NCBI GenBank assembly: GCA_041736175.1
Contig: JBGSUI010000070.1
Location: 1 to 58,644, forward strand
DNA: 58,644 bases
Direction: 5' to 3'
Source of the DNA: Oligoflexales bacterium
GTDB taxonomy: Bacteria > Bdellovibrionota_B > Oligoflexia > Oligoflexales > CAIYRB01
The position numbers were made by a program, and so were the translations under genes. The notes under the pieces were generated by a model. That model did not search any database. It was not told the DNA's origin and was given only the letters and a program-made list of their open reading frames with translations. Shown here one piece after another: positions 42,019 to 52,342 of the stretch (position 1 is the stretch's first letter; each line of letters begins with the position of its first letter).

Positions 42019-43014
42019 TCACAAGGCTGCTAAGTCTCCAAGGGCTCGATTGGAAACTGTAGCTCCCACCCGGCTGATCACGTCGCTTGCTAAGGTCGCT
42101 GCCATCCTTCCGCAGACCTGGAGGTCCCGGTGGGCGAGGTGTCCGTAGAGAAACCCTGCGGCAAACATATCACCGGCAGCCGTCGTGTCCACCACCTCGG
42201 TGGAGACTGGCTCGACCTTAATGGATTCACTCCCCCTTTGGATAAGGGCTCCTTCCGCTCCAAGCTTGACAACTGCGATGGCACCAGCCCTCGCAATTTG
42301 GGATGCGGCAAAGGCTGGGGATTCGCCATAGAGGCCCTTGGCTTCCTCTTTGTTGCAAAAAACAATATCTGCATATTCAGCAATCATTGCGGTAAAGTCT
42401 TCCCGATTGCGGTTGACCACAAAAGGATCTGCCACGTCAAAACTCACGATGGTCCCTGATTCCTTGGCTTTGGCCAGGGCCGCTTTCATGGCTGTTTTTT
42501 GGGCCTCTGTATCCCACTGGTAGCCGCTAAAGTGAAAGAGCTTGGCAGCCTTGATCGCCTCAAGGGGAACCTGATCGATCGAGTAAAGCCTGCTGGCTCC
42601 CAAATGGGTGTTCATCGTGCGTTCCCCATCCGGGGTGATTAAGATCAGGCATGTCCCGGTGGGCTCGTGGCTTAAGCCGAGTTTGGACTCGATCCCTAGC
42701 TGGTTCATACGCTTTTCGATCATCTGCCCGTAGTAGTCGTCGGAAATCATGCCTGCGAAAAGGGCTTTTTTCCGGAGCTCTGCCAGGGTTCTGATGGCAT
42801 TCATGGCCGACCCACCCAGCTCGACACTGTGGTGATGATCGGCGAAATGCTTTAGGATCTGGCGTTGCCGCTCGCTATCGACGAGATGCATAACCCCTTT
42901 GGTCAAGCCAAGGTCTTTAATATCTTTTTCTTCCACCTTGATCAGGATGTCCACAAGAGCGTTACACACACTGACTACGTCATAGATTTTCATGTTCATT
43001 TCCCCTAGAAACAT
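42019..43014 (-). CDS. PfkB-family (adenosine-kinase-like) kinase
   Basis: GGSAMN, DGERTM, DTTAAGDMFAAG. Confidence 0.92.
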   Translation of the reverse strand: MFLGEMNMKIYDVVSVCNALVDILIKVEEKDIKDLGLTKGVMHLVDSERQRQILKHFADHHHSVELGGSAMNAIRTLAELRKKALFAGMISDDYYGQMIEKRMNQLGIESKLGLSHEPTGTCLILITPDGERTMNTHLGASRLYSIDQVPLEAIKAAKLFHFSGYQWDTEAQKTAMKAALAKAKESGTIVSFDVADPFVVNRNREDFTAMIAEYADIVFCNKEEAKGLYGESPAFAASQIARAGAIAVVKLGAEGALIQRGSESIKVEPVSTEVVDTTAAGDMFAAGFLYGHLAHRDLQVCGRMAATLASDVISRVGATVSNRALGDLAAL

Positions 43015-43097
43015 AGGCCTTTAGAGTCGCTTCTAGGAGGTTTTAACTTTTTTACACCGCCCTGTCACCTGGTGTTCATCAGGTCTTCATCAAGAGC

Positions 43098-43715
43098 TTA
43101 TCCAGCGGGAGCGATCCCTGGGGGTCTCTCTTGCTGAGGTGCCTGAACCAAAGTGGCCACCTGGGGGGCTGTCTGGCGATGGGATTCGCCGCGGGCGCTC
43201 AGATTGAGGCAGTCGGCCTCAAGATAGAGGATTTTCTTTCTGAGGAGTTCTTGATTTCGGAGTTGGTCCTGGACCAAAAAGCGTGAGAATTTCTGGTGGC
43301 GATGAAAAATCAACGTCGCAAAAAAAAGCGCTGAAAGGGTCTGGTCAAAGGAGAAGACTCCAAAGATGAGGGTTCCTAAAAGACCGATAAAGATCCCGAT
43401 GGGTCGCATGCGCCTATGATGCCAGTAGCCTACTTTAGTCGGGTCGAGATGAAGGTAGCTAAAATAGGCTGTAAGCCCCGCCAGAGGCGCGAGCCGCCCC
43501 ATGGAAACCGACAGGTCTAGAAAGGACAGGAGTCCTAGTCCGAAACATCCGAAAAACCCCACGGTGATAGCCTTGTTTCTGGAGCGAATCAGGGGGGCCG
43601 ATGCCGTCCCATCGGTGGCGCTAAAAAGGCTCCAACGTCCCATCATAAAAATAAACAAACAAATAAAAACCTTTGCAGAATAGGAAGCTACAATCATGGA
43701 AGGGTTTATGTTCAT
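43098..43715 (-). CDS. Hypothetical membrane protein
   Basis: Several TM segments; overlaps the upstream gene by 4 nt. Confidence 0.65.
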   Translation of the reverse strand: MNINPSMIVASYSAKVFICLFIFMMGRWSLFSATDGTASAPLIRSRNKAITVGFFGCFGLGLLSFLDLSVSMGRLAPLAGLTAYFSYLHLDPTKVGYWHHRRMRPIGIFIGLLGTLIFGVFSFDQTLSALFFATLIFHRHQKFSRFLVQDQLRNQELLRKKILYLEADCLNLSARGESHRQTAPQVATLVQAPQQERPPGIAPAG

Positions 43716-44623
43716 TGGGAGCTTCCACCACCTTCTGCTTTGGGAGTTTTTACAGTTTGGGCGGTTACGTGGTAAACCTTGTCTTCGCAGGCAAAGTCAA
43801 AGTCTATGGATTTATAACGGTGGATCTCTTTCAGGCTTTGTTTGACCTGATTCAGTTCGACGTCATTACGGAACGGGGCATGGTGGGTGAGGAGAGTTTT
43901 TTGGGCGTTGGATTTAAGGGCGTTATCTAATGCCTGGTTGACCGAAGAATGTCCCCAACCGATAAAATGCCCATATTCCGATTCCAGGTACTGGCCGTCG
44001 TGGATTAAGAGATCCGCATTCATGGCCCACTTTACAATCGACGCATTGGTGATCGAAATGCGGGCCTCATGGTCCGATAGCAGCACAAGCCGGTGGCCCT
44101 TTTCGTCGGTAAACCGGTAACCAAAGGTATTGCCATCTCCGACGGCAGACCCATGATCGACGTTGTGGTATTCGATTAGGAGCTGATCACCTAGGCTGAT
44201 GGGTCCCTTTAATTGATGGATCACCACTTTGGCTTGCATCGTCAGGAGGCTCTCAAAAGGCGAGTAACTCCCATCAAAGAGGATATTGAGATTCTCAAGT
44301 GTGACGGAAGGGGGCTCTGGCGAATAAAGATGAAGGGTGGTCGAAGGGAAATAAATGGGATTGAAAAAGGGGAGGCCTTGGACGTGGTCCCAATGGAAGT
44401 GGGTATAAAAAATATGGATATCGAGAGATTCCTTATTTTTAACAATACGCTCCATCAACTGATCGCCTAAAATAGAACAGCCAAACCCAGTATCAACCAT
44501 AATAAGCTGGTCTTTGTGGAGGATTTGAATACACGGGGTATTGCCTCCATATTCAGCCGTTTCAAGGCGCGGTGATGAGATCAGACCTCTTGTACCCCAA
44601 AATTTTACCCGCATAGGTCCCAT
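43712..44623 (-). CDS. MBL-fold metallo-hydrolase
   Basis: FWGTRG, YGGNTPC, THFHWDHVQG, GWGHS. Confidence 0.9.
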   Translation of the reverse strand: MGPMRVKFWGTRGLISSPRLETAEYGGNTPCIQILHKDQLIMVDTGFGCSILGDQLMERIVKNKESLDIHIFYTHFHWDHVQGLPFFNPIYFPSTTLHLYSPEPPSVTLENLNILFDGSYSPFESLLTMQAKVVIHQLKGPISLGDQLLIEYHNVDHGSAVGDGNTFGYRFTDEKGHRLVLLSDHEARISITNASIVKWAMNADLLIHDGQYLESEYGHFIGWGHSSVNQALDNALKSNAQKTLLTHHAPFRNDVELNQVKQSLKEIHRYKSIDFDFACEDKVYHVTAQTVKTPKAEGGGSSQ

Positions 44624-45510
44624 TCTTCGCCCTCTTTTGCAGGAACGACATCGATGCCCATGGATGCACCACGGTTTTTAATGGAGTTGACTTTTTCAAG
44701 GACCGCCGAGTCTTGGTCCTCGGGAGCGTGGTGGAAGAGTATCAGCCGCTTGACCTTAGCCTTTGCGCAGAAATTTAGGGCTTTTTCCGGTGAAGAATGC
44801 CCCCAATCGGGTTTGAGATCACGTTCCATAAAATGGGTGTCAAAGACCACTGTATGGGTGTCTTTCAGGAAGTTGACTAAACCTTCGTTGAATTGATCTT
44901 CAAAAACCTGGGGACCCAGAGTTTGGGCTTTGCTGCGCATCCCCTCACCAAGGTAGTTGCCGTTTTCGATAGGAGCATTGTCGGTGATAATGCAGACGCT
45001 TGCTTGATTTCTTTTGAGTTTATAGCCTAGGGTCACCCCCTGATGATTGAGTTGGTAGGTGTCCACCTCTACTTTGCCTTCTATGGAAAAGGGCTGTTGG
45101 GGTAGGACCGTTTGAAAGTTGATCTTTGCTTTTAGGGCGCTGACTGGCACCGGAAGATTGCCAAGCCGTTGCAGCCCAAAAAAGAGTTCGGTAAAGGACG
45201 ACCTAGTCGTATTCGAAGCATAAAAATTGAATTGGTTGTGTTCGTGGTAGATGGGAGAGAAAAAGGGATACCCCAGGATATGGTCCCAATGGGTATGGGT
45301 GACTAAAAAGTGATATTTTTTAATCCTATTAAGGGCAGGGATGCTATGCCCCCGCCACGCCAGACCTGAGCCGCCATCGAGGAAGAGATTAAAGTCAGTG
45401 TCCTCAACGCAAAATTCTAGACAGGTTGAATTGCCACCAAAACCTAATAGTGATTTCTTGTGGGTCGGTCGTGACCCTCGTACACCCCAAAATTTTAGCA
45501 GCATCGTCAT
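44605..45510 (-). CDS. MBL-fold metallo-hydrolase
   Basis: FWGVRGS, THTHWDHILG, WGHS, LFHHAP. Confidence 0.9.
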   Translation of the reverse strand: MTMLLKFWGVRGSRPTHKKSLLGFGGNSTCLEFCVEDTDFNLFLDGGSGLAWRGHSIPALNRIKKYHFLVTHTHWDHILGYPFFSPIYHEHNQFNFYASNTTRSSFTELFFGLQRLGNLPVPVSALKAKINFQTVLPQQPFSIEGKVEVDTYQLNHQGVTLGYKLKRNQASVCIITDNAPIENGNYLGEGMRSKAQTLGPQVFEDQFNEGLVNFLKDTHTVVFDTHFMERDLKPDWGHSSPEKALNFCAKAKVKRLILFHHAPEDQDSAVLEKVNSIKNRGASMGIDVVPAKEGEEWDLCG

Positions 45511-45518
45511 GGGATTGA

Positions 45519-46409
45519 TTAACTCGCCTTGGTAAGGGTTGGAATGATCGTTTCGTCTTGCTTTTGCTTTTGGTTTTGGGCTTTAAGATCTAAACTAAGG
45601 TTTAGAAACAGCCGTTGTTCGGCAGTAGGATGGCTCTGATTATGGAACACTAGAGCACCCCATTCAAAGCTAACTTCAGAAGTTCTGTTGATCACGCACA
45701 CTGGAAATTCCATCATCGTTATTTCATCGACGAGGGTTTGTGGCAAACCGGATTGGGGGACCGTTAAATGGGCGATGATCCCTGTAATGATTCCATCTGA
45801 TGCAAGGGTTAGAGAATTTAAGTTGATTTTATACTGGGGTGGGAAGGTCACCATAAGATGGTTAGCCATTTCGATCAGTCGACGGCTTTCGCCATTGAGT
45901 TTGAGTGACCTACTAAATCCTAAACTCAGATCAGACATGGATTGTCCTGCTTGGGGGAGCCAGACTTGGGAGCTATGCCCCCATCTCATAAGGTGACTTA
46001 GATGAAAAGGTTTGTTGTCAAGAATACCCTTAGAGAGAGCAACTCTCACCACTGTGGAGTCAAAGAAGGAGTCAATGCTTGTGCAGCAGAAGTGGGCACC
46101 TTCCCATTGCAAGATGTTTGGGGGTAGCCTTGGTTTCAGGGGAGCAGGCTGGTCAATAACTATAAGTTTATCAAATAATTTTAAAGATTCCAATTGGTGA
46201 GCCGTTAATCGGAGCTCGGTGTCGTAGAGAACAATCTGCGGAATGGACTTGCTTTCCTGGTGGCTTAGCTGGCGTTTGAAGTCATCATAGTTGCATAGGA
46301 TTTGGCCCGTACCACCAAGGGATGCACAGTAGCTCCGCAGCTTGCGAATGGGAAAGGTCTGGGTACCAGTTAGAAAGGTCAGTTCAAATCTTTGGGTCAG
46401 AGGTCTCAG
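45519..46409 (-). CDS. Hypothetical protein (frame stays open upstream of 46193; possible CTG start)
   Basis: No in-frame stop until 46434-46436; AGGGAG 7 nt before CTG at 46409. Confidence 0.55.
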   Translation of the reverse strand: MRPLTQRFELTFLTGTQTFPIRKLRSYCASLGGTGQILCNYDDFKRQLSHQESKSIPQIVLYDTELRLTAHQLESLKLFDKLIVIDQPAPLKPRLPPNILQWEGAHFCCTSIDSFFDSTVVRVALSKGILDNKPFHLSHLMRWGHSSQVWLPQAGQSMSDLSLGFSRSLKLNGESRRLIEMANHLMVTFPPQYKINLNSLTLASDGIITGIIAHLTVPQSGLPQTLVDEITMMEFPVCVINRTSEVSFEWGALVFHNQSHPTAEQRLFLNLSLDLKAQNQKQKQDETIIPTLTKAS

Positions 46410-46544
46410 CGGGATACTCCCTAAAGGGCACGATTAGACTCATGGTTGCCTCTTTAGGAGTCGGATGATTGAGGGGAAAAACTAAGCCCGCACCGGGTTT
46501 TAGTGCAAAGTTAAGGGGAGGCGGTTTGTCTAGGTGGTCGAAAC

Positions 46545-47162
46545 CTAAACAGAAGTTTTAATTTCTTTAAATTTTTCCCAGTAGGATTGAGTATAGGCCC
46601 ATGCGGAGTAAAGTGAAAAAAGGACTGCTGCCCAAATACAAAGCATACCAATTTCCCTAAAGCGAATGCCAAAGAGAGGCTTATAAAAAAACAGGCAAAA
46701 GATACCAATTGATTGGAAGATTGTTTTCCACTTTCCGGCATCGCGGACTTCGAGGGCGATCCTTTGCTCGAGGGCCAGCATTCTTAGGCCGTTGATCCCT
46801 ATATCTCTGCAGATGAGAATCCCCGCTAAAAATACCGGAACGGCATCGCTGCTCACAAGGAGGAGCAAGGCAGCGGCAATCAGCATTTTGTCAGCTATGG
46901 GATCAAGGAGCGCACCCATGGGAGTGACATGGCCATAGCGTCGGGCAACCCAACCGTCCAACATATCCGTCAGGGCGGCCAAGGCAAAAATGATTCCACA
47001 TAGGGGGCCGAGAGATTTTGATAAAGGATAGATCAGGAGGAGAATCGGAATCGCTCCGATGCGAACCAAGGTCAGTTGGTTAGGAACCCGCTTTAACCAC
47101 GATGAGGGTTGTTTGTGCGGTGGTGAGACCGTCGGCGGATTTTCGGAAGAGTTTTGGCTCAT
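46545..47162 (-). CDS. pgsA: CDP-diacylglycerol--glycerol-3-phosphate 3-phosphatidyltransferase
   Basis: PNQLTLVR, TDMLDGWVARR, LDPIADK, GKWKT. Confidence 0.95.
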   Translation of the reverse strand: MSQNSSENPPTVSPPHKQPSSWLKRVPNQLTLVRIGAIPILLLIYPLSKSLGPLCGIIFALAALTDMLDGWVARRYGHVTPMGALLDPIADKMLIAAALLLLVSSDAVPVFLAGILICRDIGINGLRMLALEQRIALEVRDAGKWKTIFQSIGIFCLFFYKPLFGIRFREIGMLCIWAAVLFSLYSAWAYTQSYWEKFKEIKTSV

Positions 47163-47288
47163 GATCCACTATCTTTTGGAGGTTTGACGATTGATACAAC
47201 CCTCAACGGTATAAGCCAAAAAACCTTGATTTGTCAACCAACCACGACTGCTATATAACGAATCCCATCGACTATTCTGCTGCAGGAG

Positions 47289-48968
47289 GTGTCTATGGTT
47301 GAAGGACCGTTTGAGACTCAAAACCCAGGGACCACAGGGGCCACAGGGGCCACAGGGACCCAAGACAGACCTGACGGACATCCCCTTGGGACAAAGCCCA
47401 TACCCCACCTGGTGATCGGTTCGGGGGTTGCTGGGCTGATGCTCGGTCTTAAACTCGCCAAGTTTGACGACGTGGTGATCATCGCGAAAGGGGCTCTACA
47501 GCATAGCAATAGCTGGCACGCCCAAGGAGGAATCGCCACGGTTTTGGATGCTACAGACTCCTTTAACGACCATATCAACGACACCCATCGTGCTGGGGCT
47601 GGTCTCTGCCATCAAGACATCGTCGAGCTGGTGGTCACGTCGGGGCCGAGTATGATTCAAGAACTGGTGAACCTAGGAGTTCCCTTTTCCCAAGACGCGG
47701 GAGGGCTAAGGCTGCACAAAGAAGGTGGCCATTCCCACCGAAGGGTGATCCATGCAGCAGATATGACTGGCCAAGCAGTCATGGAAACCCTTATCCAACG
47801 CACCAAGGAGCACCCGAGGATTACGGTCCTTGAACACACCATGGCGGTCGACCTGTTGACGACAGATCGGTATGCCCCTGATTTTTCACAAAATAAATGC
47901 CTAGGCGCCTATGTCTTTGATCGAGGGCGAGAGACGATCTACAAGATCCTTAGCGCCAACACCTATATTGCGACGGGAGGGCATGGTAAAATCTACCAAT
48001 TTACCACCAATCCTGATTCAGCCACGGGGGATGGGGTGGCCATTGCCTGGCGCGGCGGGTGCCGAGTCGCAAATCTAGAATTTATGCAGTTTCATCCCAC
48101 CTGCCTCTATCATCCCGGTGCAAAAAACTTTTTGATTACGGAAGCTCTCCGTGGCGAGGGGGCGATTCTGCGGGACCACCAGGGGCGGGATTTTATGGGA
48201 AGTTATCATTCGCTGGGATCCCTTGCCCCCCGGGATATCGTCGCCCGGGCCATCGATCTCGAGATGAAAAAAACCGGAGTCCGCCATGTTTTTTTGGATA
48301 TTACTCACAAGAGTCAGGAATTTCTCAAAAGCCATTTTCCAAATGTCTACGAGACCTGTTTTAAGTTGGGGATCGATATTTCCAAGGCCCAGATTCCCGT
48401 GGTCCCAGCCGCCCACTATAGCTGCGGGGGGATCGTGGTAGACCGGTGGGGCCGCACTGGGGTGGTCGGTCTCTATGCTCTGGGTGAGGCTGCCTGTACG
48501 GGACTCCATGGCGCTAACCGACTCGCATCCAACAGCCTACTCGAAGCTCTGGTCTTTGCCCACCAGATTGCCTTGGACGTGGGGTCTAGACCCCAGACCC
48601 AACAACCCACGGTTGCCGTCCCTGATTGGAACAGTGGGTCCTCCATTGCGGACGACGAAAAAGTCGTCCTGGCCCATACCTGGGACGAAATCCGCAATCT
48701 GATGTGGCAGTATGTGGGGATTGTCCGCAGCGATCGGCGTCTGAAGCGGGCCTTTAGCCGCATTAATGCGATCATTGAAGAGCTGGATCGTTACTACTGG
48801 GATACCAAAGTGACTGCAGAACTCTTGGAGGTGAGGAACCTCGCCCTGGTGGCGATGCTCACCATCCGCTGTGCCATGGCGCGTAAAGAATCCAGGGGCA
48901 TCCACTTCAATATCGATTTCCCTGAACCGGACTCCAAGTTTGGCCAGCGGGATACCCTACTGAGGTAG
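47289..48968 (+). CDS. nadB: L-aspartate oxidase
   Basis: GSGVAG, AQGGIA, EGGHSHRR, LHGANRLASNSLLE. Confidence 0.96.
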   Translation: MSMVEGPFETQNPGTTGATGATGTQDRPDGHPLGTKPIPHLVIGSGVAGLMLGLKLAKFDDVVIIAKGALQHSNSWHAQGGIATVLDATDSFNDHINDTHRAGAGLCHQDIVELVVTSGPSMIQELVNLGVPFSQDAGGLRLHKEGGHSHRRVIHAADMTGQAVMETLIQRTKEHPRITVLEHTMAVDLLTTDRYAPDFSQNKCLGAYVFDRGRETIYKILSANTYIATGGHGKIYQFTTNPDSATGDGVAIAWRGGCRVANLEFMQFHPTCLYHPGAKNFLITEALRGEGAILRDHQGRDFMGSYHSLGSLAPRDIVARAIDLEMKKTGVRHVFLDITHKSQEFLKSHFPNVYETCFKLGIDISKAQIPVVPAAHYSCGGIVVDRWGRTGVVGLYALGEAACTGLHGANRLASNSLLEALVFAHQIALDVGSRPQTQQPTVAVPDWNSGSSIADDEKVVLAHTWDEIRNLMWQYVGIVRSDRRLKRAFSRINAIIEELDRYYWDTKVTAELLEVRNLALVAMLTIRCAMARKESRGIHFNIDFPEPDSKFGQRDTLLR

Positions 48969-49022
48969 CGGTGGAATTCTGGCCCGCGAGAGGAGAGAAT
49001 ACGGTAAACTAAACTCAAAGGG

Positions 49023-50273
49023 GTGGCGCAGATGGTCGCAGGATTTATAAAAAATTTCACACGTCATGGCCAGACCCCCTATCAAGTCAGCCGGCTTCTT
49101 AATTCTAAAATGCGCGAGGGGACTTCCCATAAGTTGGTCCACCTGGTCTGCGATATTGACAAGACCTACCTTGAGACCGAATTTGAAAACAAACTCTCCT
49201 TGGCCAAAATCGCTTTTGAAAATGCTGTCGATAAAGTGACTGTTGCCGGTGCGGCCACGGTGTTGAACCTTGCCCGTTGGGGTGACGTGGTCTACGGCCA
49301 GCCTTTAGCCATCGAGGCGACTGAGGGAGAGGAGCGGGGGAAGGGGGTGTGGCCACGACCCTTACATTTTGTATCGTCCTCTCCGCCGCAGCTGCGGTCG
49401 GTCCTTGAAGAAAAACTCGCCATGGACGGTCTCGACTGGACCTCCGATACTTTTAAAGATCAGGTCTATAATATTCGTATGGGGCGAATGGACCTCCTAC
49501 GCCAGCATGTCGCCTATAAATCCTTAGCAATTTTGTCTGTGGTTGACCGTGCGGACGAAGGGTCAGAGTTTGTTCTTATTGGCGACAATGCCGAATCTGA
49601 CCCCTTTATCTATCTTGGAGTTAAGCTTTTGCTATCGGGCCAACTCAGCCTGAAAGGCTACCTGGACTATATCGAACGGGCAGGGGTTGAGCCTCAGGTC
49701 ATTGGGGATTTACAGGAATTTTTGCAAGCAGCCAAAGGTCTGTCAGGGCAGGGAGAACTAATCAATCTGCGTAAAAAAGTCCGCAGCATCTATATCCGCC
49801 GGGTGCCTGGATACCCCTCACTGGACGAAACCGAACTCACCGGAGGAATTTTGCTGTTTGATAGTTTTTTTCAGGTAGCCTTAAACCTTATTGTGGGTGA
49901 TCTACTCGTCCGCGAGTCGCTTAAACCTCTTTTGCGCTATTTTCATAATATCCACGGTCAAACATGGGAGGATTTAGCCTACCTGGCCCAGCAAGTTTTA
50001 TGGGGATGGCGGCATCGAGACCGACAAAAAAGACTCTTAATCGCCGAGGATGTGAAGGGGCATTTGGTAGATTTTGGCTATAAAAACTGGCGAGACTCTC
50101 TGGACCAAAGTCCAGGTCAAGTCCAAGGTAGCGAGGGCGACGCTGTCGCCAGTACAAACATGGGAAAAACCCCCTATGATTTTTTGGATGGACCAAACCT
50201 TTCGGAGTCCGAGCTCCTCGCGGCAGCGAGTCGCTGGTTGCAAAAACTCCAAGGTCGCAGGCATAGGAGTTAA
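49023..50273 (+). CDS. App1/DUF2183-like HAD phosphatase
   Basis: CDIDKTYL, HFVSSSP, FVLIGDNAESD. Confidence 0.75.
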   Translation: MAQMVAGFIKNFTRHGQTPYQVSRLLNSKMREGTSHKLVHLVCDIDKTYLETEFENKLSLAKIAFENAVDKVTVAGAATVLNLARWGDVVYGQPLAIEATEGEERGKGVWPRPLHFVSSSPPQLRSVLEEKLAMDGLDWTSDTFKDQVYNIRMGRMDLLRQHVAYKSLAILSVVDRADEGSEFVLIGDNAESDPFIYLGVKLLLSGQLSLKGYLDYIERAGVEPQVIGDLQEFLQAAKGLSGQGELINLRKKVRSIYIRRVPGYPSLDETELTGGILLFDSFFQVALNLIVGDLLVRESLKPLLRYFHNIHGQTWEDLAYLAQQVLWGWRHRDRQKRLLIAEDVKGHLVDFGYKNWRDSLDQSPGQVQGSEGDAVASTNMGKTPYDFLDGPNLSESELLAAASRWLQKLQGRRHRS

Positions 50274-52041
50274 ATTCACGAGAATCTTTAGCCACGATAA
50301 AATAAGATGTCATCACCCGACCTATGTCGTGGTGAAGCCACGCGGCCGAGGTGCCTGATTCCGAGGTTGAGGGTCCACGGACATACCATTTTTTCCATTC
50401 GCGGATCTCGTAGCGCTCTCCGTGGGATTTGCTTAGAAAATCATCTAAAAAAGACTTCCCAGGAAAGATGACATAACCACCGGCATTTAAAAAATCTTGC
50501 AATGAAGGGAGATGATGCAATCCCACGATGGTGCGCTGTGATGCTAGGGTCAATAGCCCCCATTCTGACCAGGTGTGCCGGTGGAGATTGTAAAAGCCAA
50601 TTTTTTGGTTTTGGTCACGATGAGACATCATTGATAAGGTTTTGTTAAATTGATCGATTTCGAATTTTCCTGTTTGATGGAGCAAAGATCCCAGAAATAA
50701 ATAGCAAGGGACGAGGCTAAAAATCCATAAAGGTGACCATAAATCTTCTAATTTCCTCAGTATAAAAACAGAAAATATGGTGCCTATAGTAGCGATCACT
50801 GCGCCAAAAGTGAGGAATTCTGGTAGGGGAAAGAAACTTCCCAAAAATCTAAATCGCAAAACGATATAGGTGATAGGTAGCAAAAGTCCAAAATAGGGAA
50901 TCATCTTAGGAATCCATAGGGGGAATCCTTTTTTGTCAGAGCTAGATCCCATAAAAAGACCCATTCCGGCAACAGCAATAACGACGGGTATACATGGTAT
51001 CGTGTAGATTGGACTGCGGTAAGGGTGGATGGCAAAAAAGATAAAGGTTGGTAGAATAAGGCAAAGCCCACTTACGGCTAAGGTGCTAGCCGAGGTTTCC
51101 CGGTCGCTGCCAGTAGAGAGTGGACCGGAAAATTCCTCTTGTCTCAGTTTTAGATGTCTTAAACCATAAAGTCCGGCCAAAATAATCGGGGTGACTGGTA
51201 AGAGATTCGTGGTCAGGTTCGGTAGCCAGGACTCAACACTGGAGACTTCATTGGGTCCTTTTCCAAGTGTTTCGCGCACAATATAGGACAAGTAAAAGTT
51301 AGCTTCATCAAGCCAATAGAGTAACCCATAGCTCATGACAGCTAGGGCGATTCCAGCCAGAATCACAAGGAAATGCCACCTTGATAAAATAAGGTTACGT
51401 TTCTTGCGGCCCACCAGGGCTAGGGCCATTAAAGTCCCGATGCCTAAAAGAACACTATGAAGGGGAGATTTAACGGTGCTGGCAACACCTATCAAAATCC
51501 AGAGTAGCAATATCAAGGATTTTGATTTGGCAGGGGATATCTCCGCTAGATAAGCTTGTAACAAAACGAGACACAGTGTATAAATTGCACATAATTCAAG
51601 CTCCATCTGACTCGCGAAGGCATGGGCATAAATTCCTCCAGCTATGGTCGAGGCCATACCGAGCGTAACTGCAAGGTGTGGATTTTTTGTGGCGACGATG
51701 GTCACCCGCGTCAAACCTAAACCAACTATCAAAAGACAGATAAGGTTCATCCATTGACCGGCCCAGAGATTATCCACCCCGAAAATGTTAAACCCAATCC
51801 GTAGCAAGATATAGTGCATAGGCCCCTTGTAGTAGTATCCTTGTCCGGCCAAGGTCTGTTTTAGCCAATGATTTTGTGCATGCATTTCCAAGGCTTGGGC
51901 AATATAAACCTTCTGATCACCCGTGGTTTGGAGGACCGGTTTACCTAAAAAGGGACAAAAGATAAGGCTGATCCAAAGCACGATAAAAACATAGGGATAT
52001 CGCATCATAAATCGGCCAATCTGACCACCGTCATGCAGCAT
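49921..52041 (-). CDS. ArnT/PMT-like membrane glycosyltransferase
   Basis: DQKVY..ALEM..., YYKGPMHY, multiple TM segments, STVKSP. Confidence 0.75.
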   Translation of the reverse strand: MLHDGGQIGRFMMRYPYVFIVLWISLIFCPFLGKPVLQTTGDQKVYIAQALEMHAQNHWLKQTLAGQGYYYKGPMHYILLRIGFNIFGVDNLWAGQWMNLICLLIVGLGLTRVTIVATKNPHLAVTLGMASTIAGGIYAHAFASQMELELCAIYTLCLVLLQAYLAEISPAKSKSLILLLWILIGVASTVKSPLHSVLLGIGTLMALALVGRKKRNLILSRWHFLVILAGIALAVMSYGLLYWLDEANFYLSYIVRETLGKGPNEVSSVESWLPNLTTNLLPVTPIILAGLYGLRHLKLRQEEFSGPLSTGSDRETSASTLAVSGLCLILPTFIFFAIHPYRSPIYTIPCIPVVIAVAGMGLFMGSSSDKKGFPLWIPKMIPYFGLLLPITYIVLRFRFLGSFFPLPEFLTFGAVIATIGTIFSVFILRKLEDLWSPLWIFSLVPCYLFLGSLLHQTGKFEIDQFNKTLSMMSHRDQNQKIGFYNLHRHTWSEWGLLTLASQRTIVGLHHLPSLQDFLNAGGYVIFPGKSFLDDFLSKSHGERYEIREWKKWYVRGPSTSESGTSAAWLHHDIGRVMTSYFIVAKDSREFNSYACDLGVFATSDSLPRGARTPKGLVHPKNHRGFFPCLYWRQRRPRYLGLDLDFGPESLASFYSQNLPNAPSHPRRLRVFFVGLDAAIPIKLAGPGRLNPPMFDRGYYENSAKEV

Positions 52042-52342
52042 ATGCTCGGACTCCGTTGATTGCGAGGAATTGGTTTACTCATCATCAAAAGAATATGTCT
52101 GCAAAATAAATTTTCTGGGTAAATTCAATTAATTTTGTATGAGATTTGAATCTAAGCTTAGGGATGAGGGTCTGTCCAAGTCATGTTTGGGTAGCCTCAA
52201 TATCCATCCCTTGTATGTTAAGAAAACGGTATCAGAACGACTCAGAATTTATCGAAAATTTTTATAATCTCCATCATCGCCAAGTATCTATTGCTTAATC
52301 TAACCTAAGCCAAAAAAACGAAATTTTGCTCAGAGGATTGTC

